From the NCBI RefSeq assembly GCF_030028105.1, contig NC_092375.1, forward strand, positions 14,721,537 to 14,785,536: a DNA stretch of 64,000 nucleotides, in the 5' to 3' direction. Position numbers and translations under genes: made by a program. The notes under the pieces were generated by a model. The model ran no database searches. It was not told the origin of the DNA and saw only the letters and a program-made list of their open reading frames with translations. This document shows positions 50,226 through 61,842 of the stretch, in pieces. The stretch comes from Mobula birostris. Taxonomy: Eukaryota. Each line of letters starts with the position of its first letter. Positions within the stretch are counted from its first letter, which is position 1.

Positions 50226-51678
50226 TAGTCTATTAAACGTCCCTAATGTATCAGCCTCTACAACCACCCCGGGCAGTGTGTTCCATGCACCCATCACTCA
50301 CTGTGTATAAAAACTTATTTCTGACATCTCCTCTGTACTTTCCTCCAATCACCTTAAAGTTATGTCCCCTTTCGGAAGGGACAAATGTCTTTGCACTGCC
50401 ACATGCTCAGACTCTGAATTCTACCTCTCTCTGTTATTCCGTTATTGTCATGTTAGCATTTCTTTTTACATTATTTCAGATTACACTACAATCTTAGCAC
50501 CATTCCAGAGTTTTACACTCCTTGCAAACCAGTTCCCTAACCCTCTTCAATATTTCCAAGTGGACCATTCACCCAAGTAAAAAGGACCATTACTTGAGCA
50601 CTTACATTCTGAAAAATCAAGGATTATCACATATTTCGGTACAAAACACACAGAATGCTGGATGAGCTCAACAGGTCAGACAACATCCGTGGAAAAGAGC
50701 AAACAGTCAATGTTTCAGGCTGAGACTTTTCATTTGGACTGAGAAGGAAGGGGGAAGATGCCAGAATAAAAAGATAGGTGGAGGAGGGGAATGAGGCTTG
50801 CTGGAAGGCGATGGGCACATTGGATTTTCAGCATCTGCAGACTTTTTTGGGTTTGCATATTTTGGTGTCTGGCCAGCCCTTGTGCTCATACTCAATGTGA
50901 ACTTTGAAGCTTGAAGTGCTGGCTAAAAATGCTGAGCCACTGCCAACTCTTCAGAGCCACGAGCAATAAATGGAGTTCTGTCCACATTTCTCAATGAAAA
51001 AGGCTGGCTTTCAATGAGTTCATTGACACCAAAGCTGAATTCAATTGGTAAATTGGTTTATAATTGTCACATTCACCAAGGGACAGTGAAGAGCTTTTTC
51101 TGCATACAGGTCATATCTTTACATTAGTACATTGAAGTAGTACAGAAGAAAAGCAATAACAAAATGCATAACAAAGTGTTACAGCTACAGAGAAGGCGTA
51201 CGATAGGATCACAGCATTGTTACTGGACACAAGGAGGTCATTGGGTCTATCTAACATGTACTAGTCCCAGTAGAACAATCCTGCCTATCCATTGATAGAT
51301 TCTTGATTATCAGATCATGAAATGATACAGGGAGAAGGCAGGAAATTGGGGCTGAGAGAGAAAATGTATCAGCTATGATGAAATGGTGGAGATGACTCAA
51401 TGGGCAGAATGGCCTAATTCTGCTCCTATATCTTCTGGCCATATGGTCTCATACCCATAATTTCCTCATAAAATAGTCCACCTCAGTGTCTCCCTCATTT
51501 CCATTTGAAGGAACAGTGACTACTTCCATGGCAGTCATTAACTCCGTCTGCCAATTCTCTGCCCACATCTGTAACTAACATATACCTTGCTGTATAGTCC
51601 TTCACACTGTCCACAAGTCCACCAATCCACCAACTTGCAAATCCCCCTATTTGCATTTGTTTCTGAATGATTGATGTA

Positions 51679-51715
51679 CAGTACTGTGCAAAACTCTTAG
51701 ACATATATATATAGA

Positions 51716-51750
<35 letters not shown>

Positions 51751-51783
51751 TGCTAGAGTGTCTAACACTTTTGCAGAGTGCTG
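51679..51783. mobile_element. Tc1/mariner-type MITE with internal (TA)n(GA)n
   Basis: TIRs CAGTACTGTGCAAAA / TTTTGCAGAGTGCTG, preceded by TA. Confidence 0.8.
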
Positions 51784-52182
51784 TGTTTGTCAACGTGGAG
51801 TGAAGAGCAAGATTGTAAATCTGGCGTGAGCAAGGGATGTTGGGAATGGCAAGGGTGGAGCGCAGTGGGAAGGGTGTGAGACAGGTGGCAGGAAAGCAGT
51901 GTCATGGGTCAGGAGGTGGCACAGGTCCAGACACTCCCAGCCCTGAGGCAAGGCATGGCCATTTGATTCCAAGCAATTGTTTTATTGATCATTACAAAAT
52001 GGCTCTCTGGTGCTTCCCTCTCACTTCCGCTTTCCCCAACCATGATTTCCCTCTCCCTGTTCCCTTCCCACTCTCGGTCCACAATAGAGACCCATATCAG
52101 AATCAGGTTTATGGTCACTCATATATGTCATGAAATTTGTTTTCTTTGTGGCAGCAGTACAGTGCAATACATAAAATTACGA

Positions 52183-52213
52183 CAATACTGTGCAAATGTC
52201 TTAGCCACACTAG

Positions 52214-52271
<58 letters not shown>

Positions 52272-52295
52272 GCCTAAGACGTTTGCACAGTATTG
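52183..52295. mobile_element. Same MITE family, opposite orientation, internal (TA)n(TG)n(CG)n
   Basis: TIRs CAATACTGTGCAAA / TTTGCACAGTATTG, followed by TA. Confidence 0.8.
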
Positions 52296-53385
52296 TATAT
52301 CACAAACAGCAGAGATGCAAGCGCTGAATGATGCAGAGCATCACGGGCCATAGACCTCCAGCCAGAATAAGGAAACTTCCACCCCTACCCTCAGTTTTCT
52401 TTGAACAAACCATAATGAATCCAACCTCATATTTTACCTTAAGTTCTATCCATCATTATCCTCTGAATGGATGTACCATGAGGGACCTGATCAAGTGCCT
52501 TACTGAAATCCAGGAGATAATATCTACTGCCTTACATTAATCAATCAGCTTTGTCACATTGTCAAAAAACACAATAAGTTTTTGATTGAGTTTTTTAAGG
52601 AAGTGACAACTGGAGGGGTGTGGGTTTGTGCAGGGCAAACTGCAGCATAGGCTTGTGCAGAGCATGACCTGCCCTGCACAAGCCCACGTTGACTGTCCCT
52701 AAACAGGCTATCTCTTCCCAACTGTGCATAAATCCTCTCTAGTAACTTTCCTACCACTTATCTGAGGCTCACTAACCTATAATTTCCTGATTATCCTATT
52801 TCTCTTCTTGAGCAGTCACAATACTTGCCGCTCTCTAGTGGCAGACTTAAAAACATTTACATATTCTACTTATATTGTAAAGGCTCACAGTCCAACCCCA
52901 CAAAAGAAAGAAATTTGCCTCCTATCCCCTTAAGTACACACGGTTTTATTTTTAAACACCCCTCCCCCAAAATGTTAGATGTTTTCATGAGGAAGCACTG
53001 AATGGAAATCATAAAAAATTGCAGATGTTGGAAATTAGATATAAATCAAAACATTTTGGGTCGTGTAACTGAAACATTGAGTGTTTCTCTCTCCATGGAT
53101 ACAATCTAACCCACTCAGTGTTTCCACCATTTTCTGTAAGTCCATATCTCTCAGGGTCTTACATGTTTCAATTAAAAGCCCTCTCATTCTTCTCATCTAT
53201 AATACTAGTCTGTTCAACCTTTCATCATACAACAATCCACCCCCGAGTTTAGCAAATCTTCTCTGAACTGCTTTCTACCATAAACTGCTTAAATAAGGAA
53301 ACCAGTAGTGTACTCAGCACTCTAGATATGGACTCACCAGTGCCCTCTGTAAACTGAAGCTGAATTCTCTATATTCCATTTCCTT

Positions 53386-53567
53386 GGGGTGCATGGGAGG
53401 GGTAGCAGCTCTAGATGGGGGGCTTGTCGCACTCTTTGGAGTGGCTCGTCATCTATTGGTCCCCACCAACGCCTAGCTCTCACCTGTGGCTTCTCGTAGC
53501 TGTTTGCATGCGACAGCGGCCACACCCCGGACAACGGCTTCCACAGGCCGGCTGAACCAGCTGAGGG
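53386..53567 (+). ncRNA. HDV-like self-cleaving ribozyme at RTE 5' end (variant with extra hairpin in L3)
   Basis: P1 GGGGUGC 53386-92 / ACACCCC 53522-28; P2 53477-87 / 53556-67; P3 GGC 53488-90 / GCC 53519-21; P1.1 UC / GG 53529-30; P4 CGGCUU / AGGCCG; J4/2 G-C-U-G-A with C at 53552. Confidence 0.65.
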
Positions 53568-55992
53568 TAGCCGACGGGTCTCAAACCCCTGGTGAGATAG
53601 GAATTTGCCCATCTCAACATGCACGCTTTGGTGGATCAGGCGGAGGAAACCCCAGGGGTTCAACGGCTGAGAAGGCGATGCAGCAGCGCATTGTGGAGTG
53701 CATAGGGTGCGGCAGAGCACTTAAAAGGACGCGGCCATCCAATGCAGCCAAGGAAGTTGCCGGACATAACGATTTTTTGTGCCACTGGATCCTGAATTCT
53801 GAGGCCGAGAGAGCGCGATCGTCTCTGTGCAAGGCTTTTCCACTTTAATATCTTTAAAGCACTGGTTACATCTCCCAACTTTCAATTCCTACCAGTCTTC
53901 TACGAGTCCTACGGCGATGGGGGAGTGGCGAAGCAACAGGTGGTGGTGACCACTGGGCGTTGTGGTCACAAACCCGCACATAGGCGGCCTTTGGGCAAGT
54001 GGTTATTCTTCTTTGTACCCAGAGCAGCAGAGGAGTCCGGCAGTACCAATGGCGACTGAGCATCCCTTTTCAGGACAGCACTGCTCATCCTTTGATAGGG
54101 AGGGGCCTAGAAAAGGTGGCCTAAACATTGCCTGCCCTACAGACAGATAACTGACCAGCTTGCCGCGGTTGGCAATTCATCCGCCAATGCGGTTACACTC
54201 AAAGAAGAAAGAAACTTCTGTTAGTATCATGGAATGTCCGCACACTCATGGACAGATAGAGCTCGGCAAGACCCCAAAGAAGAACAGCCCTTGTTGTCAA
54301 GGAACTTTCACACTACAACATCAACATCGCAGCCCTCAGTGAAACCAGGCTTGCGCAGGAAGGATCCTTGACTGAAACCACCAGCGGCTACACTTTCTTT
54401 CGGAAAGGAAAAGCGCAAGATGAAGAGAGGATTCATGGAGTTGGATTTGCAGTCAAGTCCAGCTTCCTGAAACAACTCTCCGACCTGCCCATGGGAATCA
54501 AGGAAAGGCTTATGTGGCTACATCTGCCCCTCAGCCACAAGCATCACGCAACAGTCATCAGCACTTATGCCCCCACTATGACCAACAAATACGAGACCAT
54601 TGAACTGTTCTACCACGACCTTAGCTCTGTTCTGCCAACAACAAACTAATCCTGCTCGGTGACTTCAATGCCCGAGTAGGCTGCGATCACTGTCGCTGGG
54701 AAGGGGTTCTCGGCAAGCATGATATTGGCAATATGAACAGCAACGGCCTCTTGCTCCTAAGCAGATGTGCAGAATACGACCTCCTCATCACAAACACAGT
54801 GTTCAGGCTGGCGAACAAGTACAAGACAACATGGATACACCCAAGATCCAAACATTGGCAACCGTTTGACTATGTTATAGTACATCGCCGAGGGATCCGG
54901 GATGTCCTTATCACTAAAGTCTTGTAAGGAGTGGAGCGCTGGACTGACCACAGGCTTGTCCGCACCACATTGAAGATACGTATTTCTCCCCACCATCCCA
55001 AGCACCCTAAGTTAATCAGAACAGCTTTTAACACCTCCAGACTCCAAGAGCCACTGTATCTTCAGAAGTTCCAGACCACCCTTGATGAGAAGCTGTCTGC
55101 CAACGGACCACTAACCGGTGGGCCAACCCAGAAGTGGAATCAGTTCAGAGACATGGTGACGGAGACAGAAAAATCAGTCCTCGGCCCCAAGGACCGGAAC
55201 CACCGAGATTGGTTTGACGAGAATGACAGTGTCATCAAGGATCTCCTGGCCAGGAAGAAGAAAGCGTTCATGGAGTGGCAAAATGACCCAAGCTCCATTC
55301 CCGAAAACCAGCAGTTCAAGTCCCTTCAGGCCCATGTCCAACGGGAAATTCGCAAGATCCCTGACCTGTGATGAGATAGGAAAGCTGAAAAGGTGCAACA
55401 CCTCGCCGACATCAACAACACGAAGCTGCTCTTCAACTCCATCAAGATGATCTCCGGCTCCTCAAGATCTGTCTCATCTCCACTGTTGTCCACTGATGGA
55501 ACCATACTGCTAAAGGACAAGGAGAGCATCCAACACAGATGGAAAGAGCATTTCAGACAGCTCCTGAACCGCCCTTCATTGGTCGACCAGTCTGCTCTGA
55601 ACCAAATCCCCCAACAGCCTATTCATGAGGAACTAGATGATCCTCCCTTGATAGATGGAGTCAAGAAGGCCATCACACAGATGAGCAGTGACAAGGATGG
55701 AATACCTGCTGAACTGTACAAGGCACTCAACAAGGAATCACTTGAGGCTCTTCACAGCACCCTGACTAGCATTTTGAAAGAAGAAGAGATGCCCCCGACC
55801 TCAGAGATGGAACGATAATCGCTCTCTACAAAAATAAAGGTTCAAGAACCAACTGCGGGAACTACAGAGGCATCCCACTACTTTCCATTGCCGGAAAAAT
55901 CCTTGCCCGCATCATCCTGCGAGATGATGTAAGAGGCTAAGGATTTCCAGCGAGAAGACATTTTATTCCTTGGAGTAGGAGAGAGGCCAGAC

Positions 55993-56039
55993 TGCGCAGG
56001 TGCGTGACGTCAGCCAGTTGAGCGCGAACAGTTTAAAAA
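55993..56039 (+). promoter_or_regulatory. Pol II promoter-like cluster in CR1 5' region
   Basis: NRF1-like TGCGCAGGTGCG 55993-56004, perfect CRE TGACGTCA 56005-56012, TATA-like TTTAAAAA 56032-56039, CpG-rich context. Confidence 0.55.
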
Positions 56040-56225
56040 GAAAACTGCCATATCCAGCGGGCAGCGTCGGAGCGGGCTGCGGAGTGAGAGGGTGCAGAGT
56101 GAAAGGGCTTTGGCCCAATGGGCTTCAGTGGAGACTGGAAGAGGCTTCCTGCGACCGTTGAGTCTCATAGTAACGGAGTAAGTTACAGTTTTTTGGTATT
56201 TGGTACAAACAGTAGCATTAGAGGT

Positions 56226-57082
56226 ATGCATCTAGGATTAGTGTTGTGCTTGGAGTGCCAGATGTGGGGACCCTGGGAGACTCCCAGCCTCCCCAAGGAT
56301 TACATCTGCACCAGGTGCACTGAGATGAGGCTCCTGAAGGACCGTGTTAAGGAGCTGGAGACGGAAGTTGATGACCTTCGGCTAATTAGGGTAAGTGAGG
56401 AGGTGATAGGTACTACCTATAGAGAGGTAGTGGATAGCACCCCTGTGACAGTCCCCCTCAGAAATCGATATATCGTTTTGGATACTGTTGAAGAGGCAGA
56501 CCTGACAGAGGAGGACCACAGTGAACGAGACTGTGGCATTCTGCCCAGCGCCGAAATCAAGACAGCAAGAAGAAATGCGGTAGTTATAGGGGATTCCATT
56601 GTAAGGGGGATGGACAAGAGATTCTGCGTGCCGGACAAGGATACCTGGATGGTGTGTAGCCTCCCTGGTGCCCAGGTACGGGATGTCTCAGATCGAGTCC
56701 AGAGTATTCTGAGGAGAGAGGTTGAGCAGCCGGAAGTCTTGGTACATGTTGGTACCAATGACATAGACAGGAAAAGAGAGGAGGTCCTGAAGAAAGATTT
56801 CTGGGAGCTAAGAAGAAAATTGAAAAGCCGGACCTCCAGAGTAATAATATCAGGATTGCTGCCTGAGCTGTGCACTAATGATGGTAAGAATAGCAGAATT
56901 AAGTAGATGAATGTGTGGCTAAGTAATGGTGCAGGGCGCAGGGCTTCAAATTCTTGAATCATTGGGATCTATTTTGGGGAAGGTATGACTTGTACAAAAA
57001 AGATGGATTACACCTGAGCTCAAAAGGTACTAATATCCTGGTGGGATTGTTTAATATGGCTATTAGGGAGGGTTTAAACTAA
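56226..57082 (+). pseudogene. CR1 ORF1: zinc finger/leucine zipper plus SGNH esterase domain, with premature stop (56904-56906) and frameshift
   Basis: CLEC..CTRC, heptad LKDRVKELETEVDDL, VVIGDSIVR, HVGTND, later DGLHL (57002). Confidence 0.9.
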
Positions 57083-57150
57083 GTTGGCAAGGGGAAGGAA
57101 ACCAAGGTGTTAGGGTCGAGGAAGAGGAAAATAGAAATAAGTCAAAAATA

Positions 57151-60030
57151 TTGTACAGCAAAGATGGCAAGGACAGGCCGGTGAATATACAGGATAATTT
57201 GCTGCAAAATAGAAATATAGCAAAATCGGCAACAGATACTGATCTAAATGTACTGTACTTAAATGCACGCAGCATTAGAAATAAAGTGGATGACCTTGCT
57301 GCACAGATGCAGGTTAAAAGATATGACATTGTGGCCATCACCGAGTCATGGCTAAATGATGGATGTGATTGGGAGCTGAATATCAAAGGATACACAGTGT
57401 ATAGGAAAGATAGGAAGGTAGGTAAAGGGGGTGGCGTGGCCCTGATGGTAAGTAACAATAACAAATCAATAGATAGAAGGGACATAGGATCAGAAGAGGT
57501 AGAATCCTTATGGGTAGAATTAAGAAATGGCAATAGCAAAAAGACATTAATAGCAGTTATACACAGGCATCCAAACAGCAGCCGGGATGTGGACTGCAAG
57601 TTGCAGCTGGAAATAGAAAAAGCGTGTCAGAAGGAAAATGTCAAGATAATTACGGGGGATTTTAATATGAAAGTGGATTGGGAAAGTCAGGAAGGTAATG
57701 GATCTCAGGAGAGGGAGTTTGTAGAATGCCTACAGGGTGGCTTTTTGGAGCAGCTTGTCCAGAAGCCCACCAGGAGACCGGCTGTTTTGGACTGGATGCT
57801 GTGTAACGAACCTGAGGCGATTAGGGAGCTGGAGGTAAAAGAACCCCTTGGATGTAGTGATCATAATATGATTGACTTCAGTTTCAAATTTGAAAAGGAG
57901 AAGCTGGTATCAGATGTATCGATATTTCAGTGGAACAGGGGAAATTACAGTGGTATGGCCCAAGTCGATTGGAAAAGTAAGCTAAATGGAGGGACGGCAG
58001 AGCAAAATTGGATGAAATTCCTACAAGAAATAAGGAAATTGCAGAAAAAATATATTCCAAGAAAAAAGAAAATCATGAATGGAAAAATGGCACAAATGTG
58101 GCTAACGGGAGAGGTTAAGGCAAAATTAAAAGCAAAAGAAACGGCATACAAGGAAGCAAAGATTAATGGGAAAAATGAGGACTGGAAGACTTTTAAAAAC
58201 TTACAGAAGGAAACTAAGAAAGTCATTAGGAAAGAAAATTTGAATTATGAAAGGAAGTTGGTGATTAACATAAAAAAGGATACTAAGAGTTTTTTTAAAT
58301 ATATGAAGAGTAAAAGAGTGACAAGGGTATATATGGGACCGATTGAAAATGATGCTGGAGAAATTATAATGGATAACAAAGAGATGGCGGAGGAACTGAA
58401 TGAGTATTTTGCATCAGTCTTCACAGTGGAAGACATGAGCAATATACCTGATAGCCAGAGGTATCATGGAATAGAATTAGGTACAGTCAAGATTACTAGA
58501 GAGAAAGTGCTTGGGAAGCTAAGTGGACTAAGAATAAATAAGTCTCCCGGTCCGGATGAGGTACACCCAAGGGTTCTGAAGGAGGTGGCTTTGGAGATTG
58601 TGGAAGCATTGGAAATGATCTTCCAGGAATCAACAGACTCTGGCATGGTTCCGGAGGACTGGAAGGTCGCAAATGTAGTTCCGCTATTTAAGAAAGGAAG
58701 GAGGCAGCAAAAAGAAAATTACTGACCTATTAGTCTGACATCGGTAGTTGGAAAGATATTGGAGTTAATCCTCAAGGACGAGGTTATGAAATACCTCGAG
58801 GTGCATGACAAGATAGGCCGAAGCCAGCATGGTTTCATGAAGGGAAGATCCTGCCTCACCAACCTATTGGAATTTTTTGAGGTAATCTCGAATAAGATTG
58901 ACAAGGGAGAGGCTGTGGAAATTGTGTATTTGGATTTTCAAAAGGCCTTCGATAAGGTGCCGCATATGAGGCTGCTTAATAAGATGAGAGCCCATGGAAT
59001 TATAGGAAAGATATTGAAATGGGTGGAGCATTGGCTGATAGGCAGAAAGCAAAGGGTGGGAATAAAGGGATCCTATTCTAATTGGTTGCCGGTTACTAGT
59101 GGTGTTCCGCAGGGGTTGGTGTTGGGGCCGCTTCTTTTTACGATGTATATTGATGATTTGGATTATGGATTAAGTGGTTTTGTGGCTAAGTTTGCGGATG
59201 ACACCAAGATAGGTGGAGGAGCAGGAAATGTTGAAGAAACGGAAAGGTTGCAGAGAGACTTAATCAGTTTAGGAGAGCGGGCAAAGAAATGGCAGATGAG
59301 ATACAACGTTGGCAAATGTATGGTTGTACATTTCGGAAGAAGAAATAATTGGGCAGATTATTATTTAGGTGGGGAGAAAATTCAAAAATCGGAAGTGCAA
59401 AGGGACTTGGGGGTCCTTGTGCAGGATACCCTAAAGGTTAACCACCAGGTTGGATCGGCGGTAGAGAAAACGAATGCTACGTTGGCATTTATTTCAAGAG
59501 GAATAGTGTATAAGAGTAAGGAGGTGTTGATGAGGCTCTCTGGGGCATTAGCGAGACCTCATTTGGAATACTGTGTGCGGTTTTGGGCCCCCTATCTTAG
59601 AAAGGATGTACTAATGTTGGAGAGAGTTCAGAGAAGATTTACGAGGATGATTCCTGGAATGCAGGGGCTAACATATGAGGACCGTTTGTCGGCTCTTGGA
59701 TTGTATTCATTAGAGTATAGAAGAATGAGAGGGGATCTCATAGAAACATTTCGAATGTTGAAAGGGTTGGACAGAGTAGATGTGGAAAGGTTGTTTCCCT
59801 TGGTGGGTGAGTCCAGGACAAGAGGCCACAGTCTTAGAATTAGAGGGTACCCAGTTAAAACAGAGATGAGGAGAAATTTTTTTAGCCAGAGAGTCGTGGA
59901 TTTGTGAAATTCGTTGCCACATACAGCTGTGGAGGCCCGATCATTGAGGGTGTTTAAGGAGGAGATTGACAGGTATCTAATTAGTCAGGGTATCAAGGGA
60001 TATGGGGAAAAAGCCAGAAATTGGAACTAG
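57151..60030 (+). pseudogene. CR1 ORF2: APE endonuclease plus reverse transcriptase, two in-frame stops only
   Basis: YLNARSI, ITESWL, GDFN, SDH; KSPGPD, YLDFQKAFDKVPH, GVPQG, FADDTK; TGA at 58723 and 59905 in one continuous frame to TAG 60030. Confidence 0.95.
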
Positions 60031-61644
60031 ATGGGTGAATAGTTTAGCTCATGGGGGAACTGCGGAGCAGACTCGATGGGCCGAAAGGCCTACTTCTGCT
60101 CCTTTGTCTTGTGATCTTGTGATCCTCAACAGACTGATTCCAACAGTGTCAGAAGAGAACCTTCCCAAGTCGCAATGCGGCTTTCGTCCCGAACACAGCA
60201 CTGTCGACATGATCTTCGCAGTGAGACAGATACAGGAAAAGTGCCTGGAGCAGAACAAGACATTATACTCTGTCTTCATTGATCTGATGAAGGCGTTTGA
60301 CATGGTCAACAGAAACGCGCTGTGGATCATCCTTAGAAAGCTTGGCTGCCTGCAGAAATTCACTGCACTCATCCGCCTGCTCCACGATGGCACGATAGGA
60401 GACGTGTTCTCAGATGGTTCCCCATCTGAGACTTTCAACATCTCAAATGGCGTGAAGCAAGGGTGCATTCTAGCGCCAGTGCTCTTCAACCTCTTCTTCA
60501 CCCAAGTGCTGAAGCATGCTGTTAAGGACCTAGACCTGGGTATTTACATAAGATGTCGTCTAGATGGATCGATGTTTGACCTGAAATGCCTTGCTGCAAA
60601 GACCAAAACGTTGAGGAGGCTCATCACTGAAGCCCTGTTTGCTGATAACTGTGCCCTCATGGCCCACCAGGAGAAACACCTGCAGACGATTGTCGACAGG
60701 TTCTCCGCAGCCTCAGAACTCTTCGGCCTGACAATCAGCCTCGGTAAGACAAATGTTCTTTTACAACCTGCACCAAACGGTCACCTTCCTTAGCCATGCG
60801 TCACCATCGATGGCACTGTCCTGAAGAATGTGGAGAGCTTCAAGTATCTAGGGAGCACCATCTCCAGTGACGGATCCCTTGACAAGGAGATCATAGCAAG
60901 GATCCAGAAAGCCAGCCAGGCACTAGGGAAACTCTGAGTCAAAGTTCTAGAGCATAAAGACATTCAGCTTTGAACCAAGCTCAAGGTGTACAAGGCTGTG
61001 GTCCTCACCTCTCTCCTGTATGGCTGCGAAACCTGGACCCTGTACCGCAGGCACATCAAACAGCTGGAGCAGTTTCACACGCGCTCTCTGAGGTCGATCA
61101 TGAGGATTCGATGGCAGGACCGAATCACCAACCAGGAAGTCCTTGACAGAGCCAACAGCACAAGCATTGAGGCAAGGATCCTCCAGGCCCAGCTACGCTG
61201 GACTGGCCATGTAATCCGCATGGGTGAAACAAGAATCCCCAGGCAGTTGCTCTACGGTGAGCTTTGTCATGGCAGTTGCAATCAGGGCCGCCCCAAAATA
61301 AGATTGAAAGACAATCTGAAATCGTACATCAAATGGGCAGACCTCCAGCCTCGACACCTTGAGAAGTCCGCAGCCGACCGGGCTGTGTGGCGCATCCTGA
61401 CCAGAAAAGCTGCATCTGACCTTGAGGATGACCGAAATCAGCGCCTTGCAGCAGCACGAGATCGACACCACAAAGCTGTGTATGCACCTGTCCTAACAAC
61501 CGCCATTCCATGTCCAACCTGCAACCGCATGTGTGCTTCGGCCTTCGGCCTCCGAAGCCACATGCGTATCCACAGATGACTGCATGATGTTTAGTCTTCC
61601 TCGGACCCTGAGAGACAACCGACTAGCAATAAATAATAACATTT

Positions 61645-61840
61645 TGTTTGAGGATCGTTTGCCGAGCCTGGAGGTGAAGTTGCAAACGTTTCATCTCCAG
61701 TCAAGGTGAGTTATCCATGTGCAACACTCAATTGCACACTGATATGTTACTCTGACTGGTGATGGAACGTTTGTAACCTAACCTCAAGGGTCAGTAAACA
61801 ACCCTACAAGCGAGCAGCCAACCCGAGCTACCAATCTTCT
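61645..61840. mobile_element. Second Penelope-like family: inverted pLTR pair with degenerate hammerheads
   Basis: Arms about 61645-61724 and 61732-61810 are diverged reverse complements; right arm continues to AACCCGAGCTACCAATCTTC, a Poseidon-like pLTR end. Confidence 0.7.
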
Positions 61841-61842
61841 CT

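Larger units (their letters stand above)
55919..60121 (+). mobile_element. Full-length young CR1 LINE
   Basis: 5' UTR, ORF1, ORF2, 3' UTR ending (TCTTGTGA)2; TSD ATCCT at 55914-55918 and 60122-60126; removal restores the RTE frame. Confidence 0.97.
53386..61624 (+). mobile_element. Full-length RTE-clade LINE (single EN-RT ORF, several stops/frameshifts), interrupted by CR1 at 55919-60121
   Basis: About 800-nt 5' UTR; APE motifs SWNVRTL, ALSETR, GVGF, LGDFNARVG; [18 protein letters not shown]|LNRL; SQCGFR, FIDL.KAFD, GVKQGCILAP.LF, LFADN; C-terminal C2H2 CPTC..HMRIH, stop 61579; 3' stem-loop about 61585-61607. Confidence 0.96.

Noticed and set aside
56417-57599. Antisense ORFs of 181 and 178 aa
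   Set aside because: Reverse-strand shadows of CR1 ORF1/ORF2.
60002-60793. 263-aa ORF as a new fusion protein
   Set aside because: Accidental in-frame join of the CR1 3' end to the interrupted RTE RT, which has FADN in place of FADD and stops early.
53360-61650. Target-site duplication for the RTE, and a twister ribozyme in its 5' UTR
   Set aside because: The flanks share no direct repeat that I could find; the twister core is absent and the HDV topology fits better.
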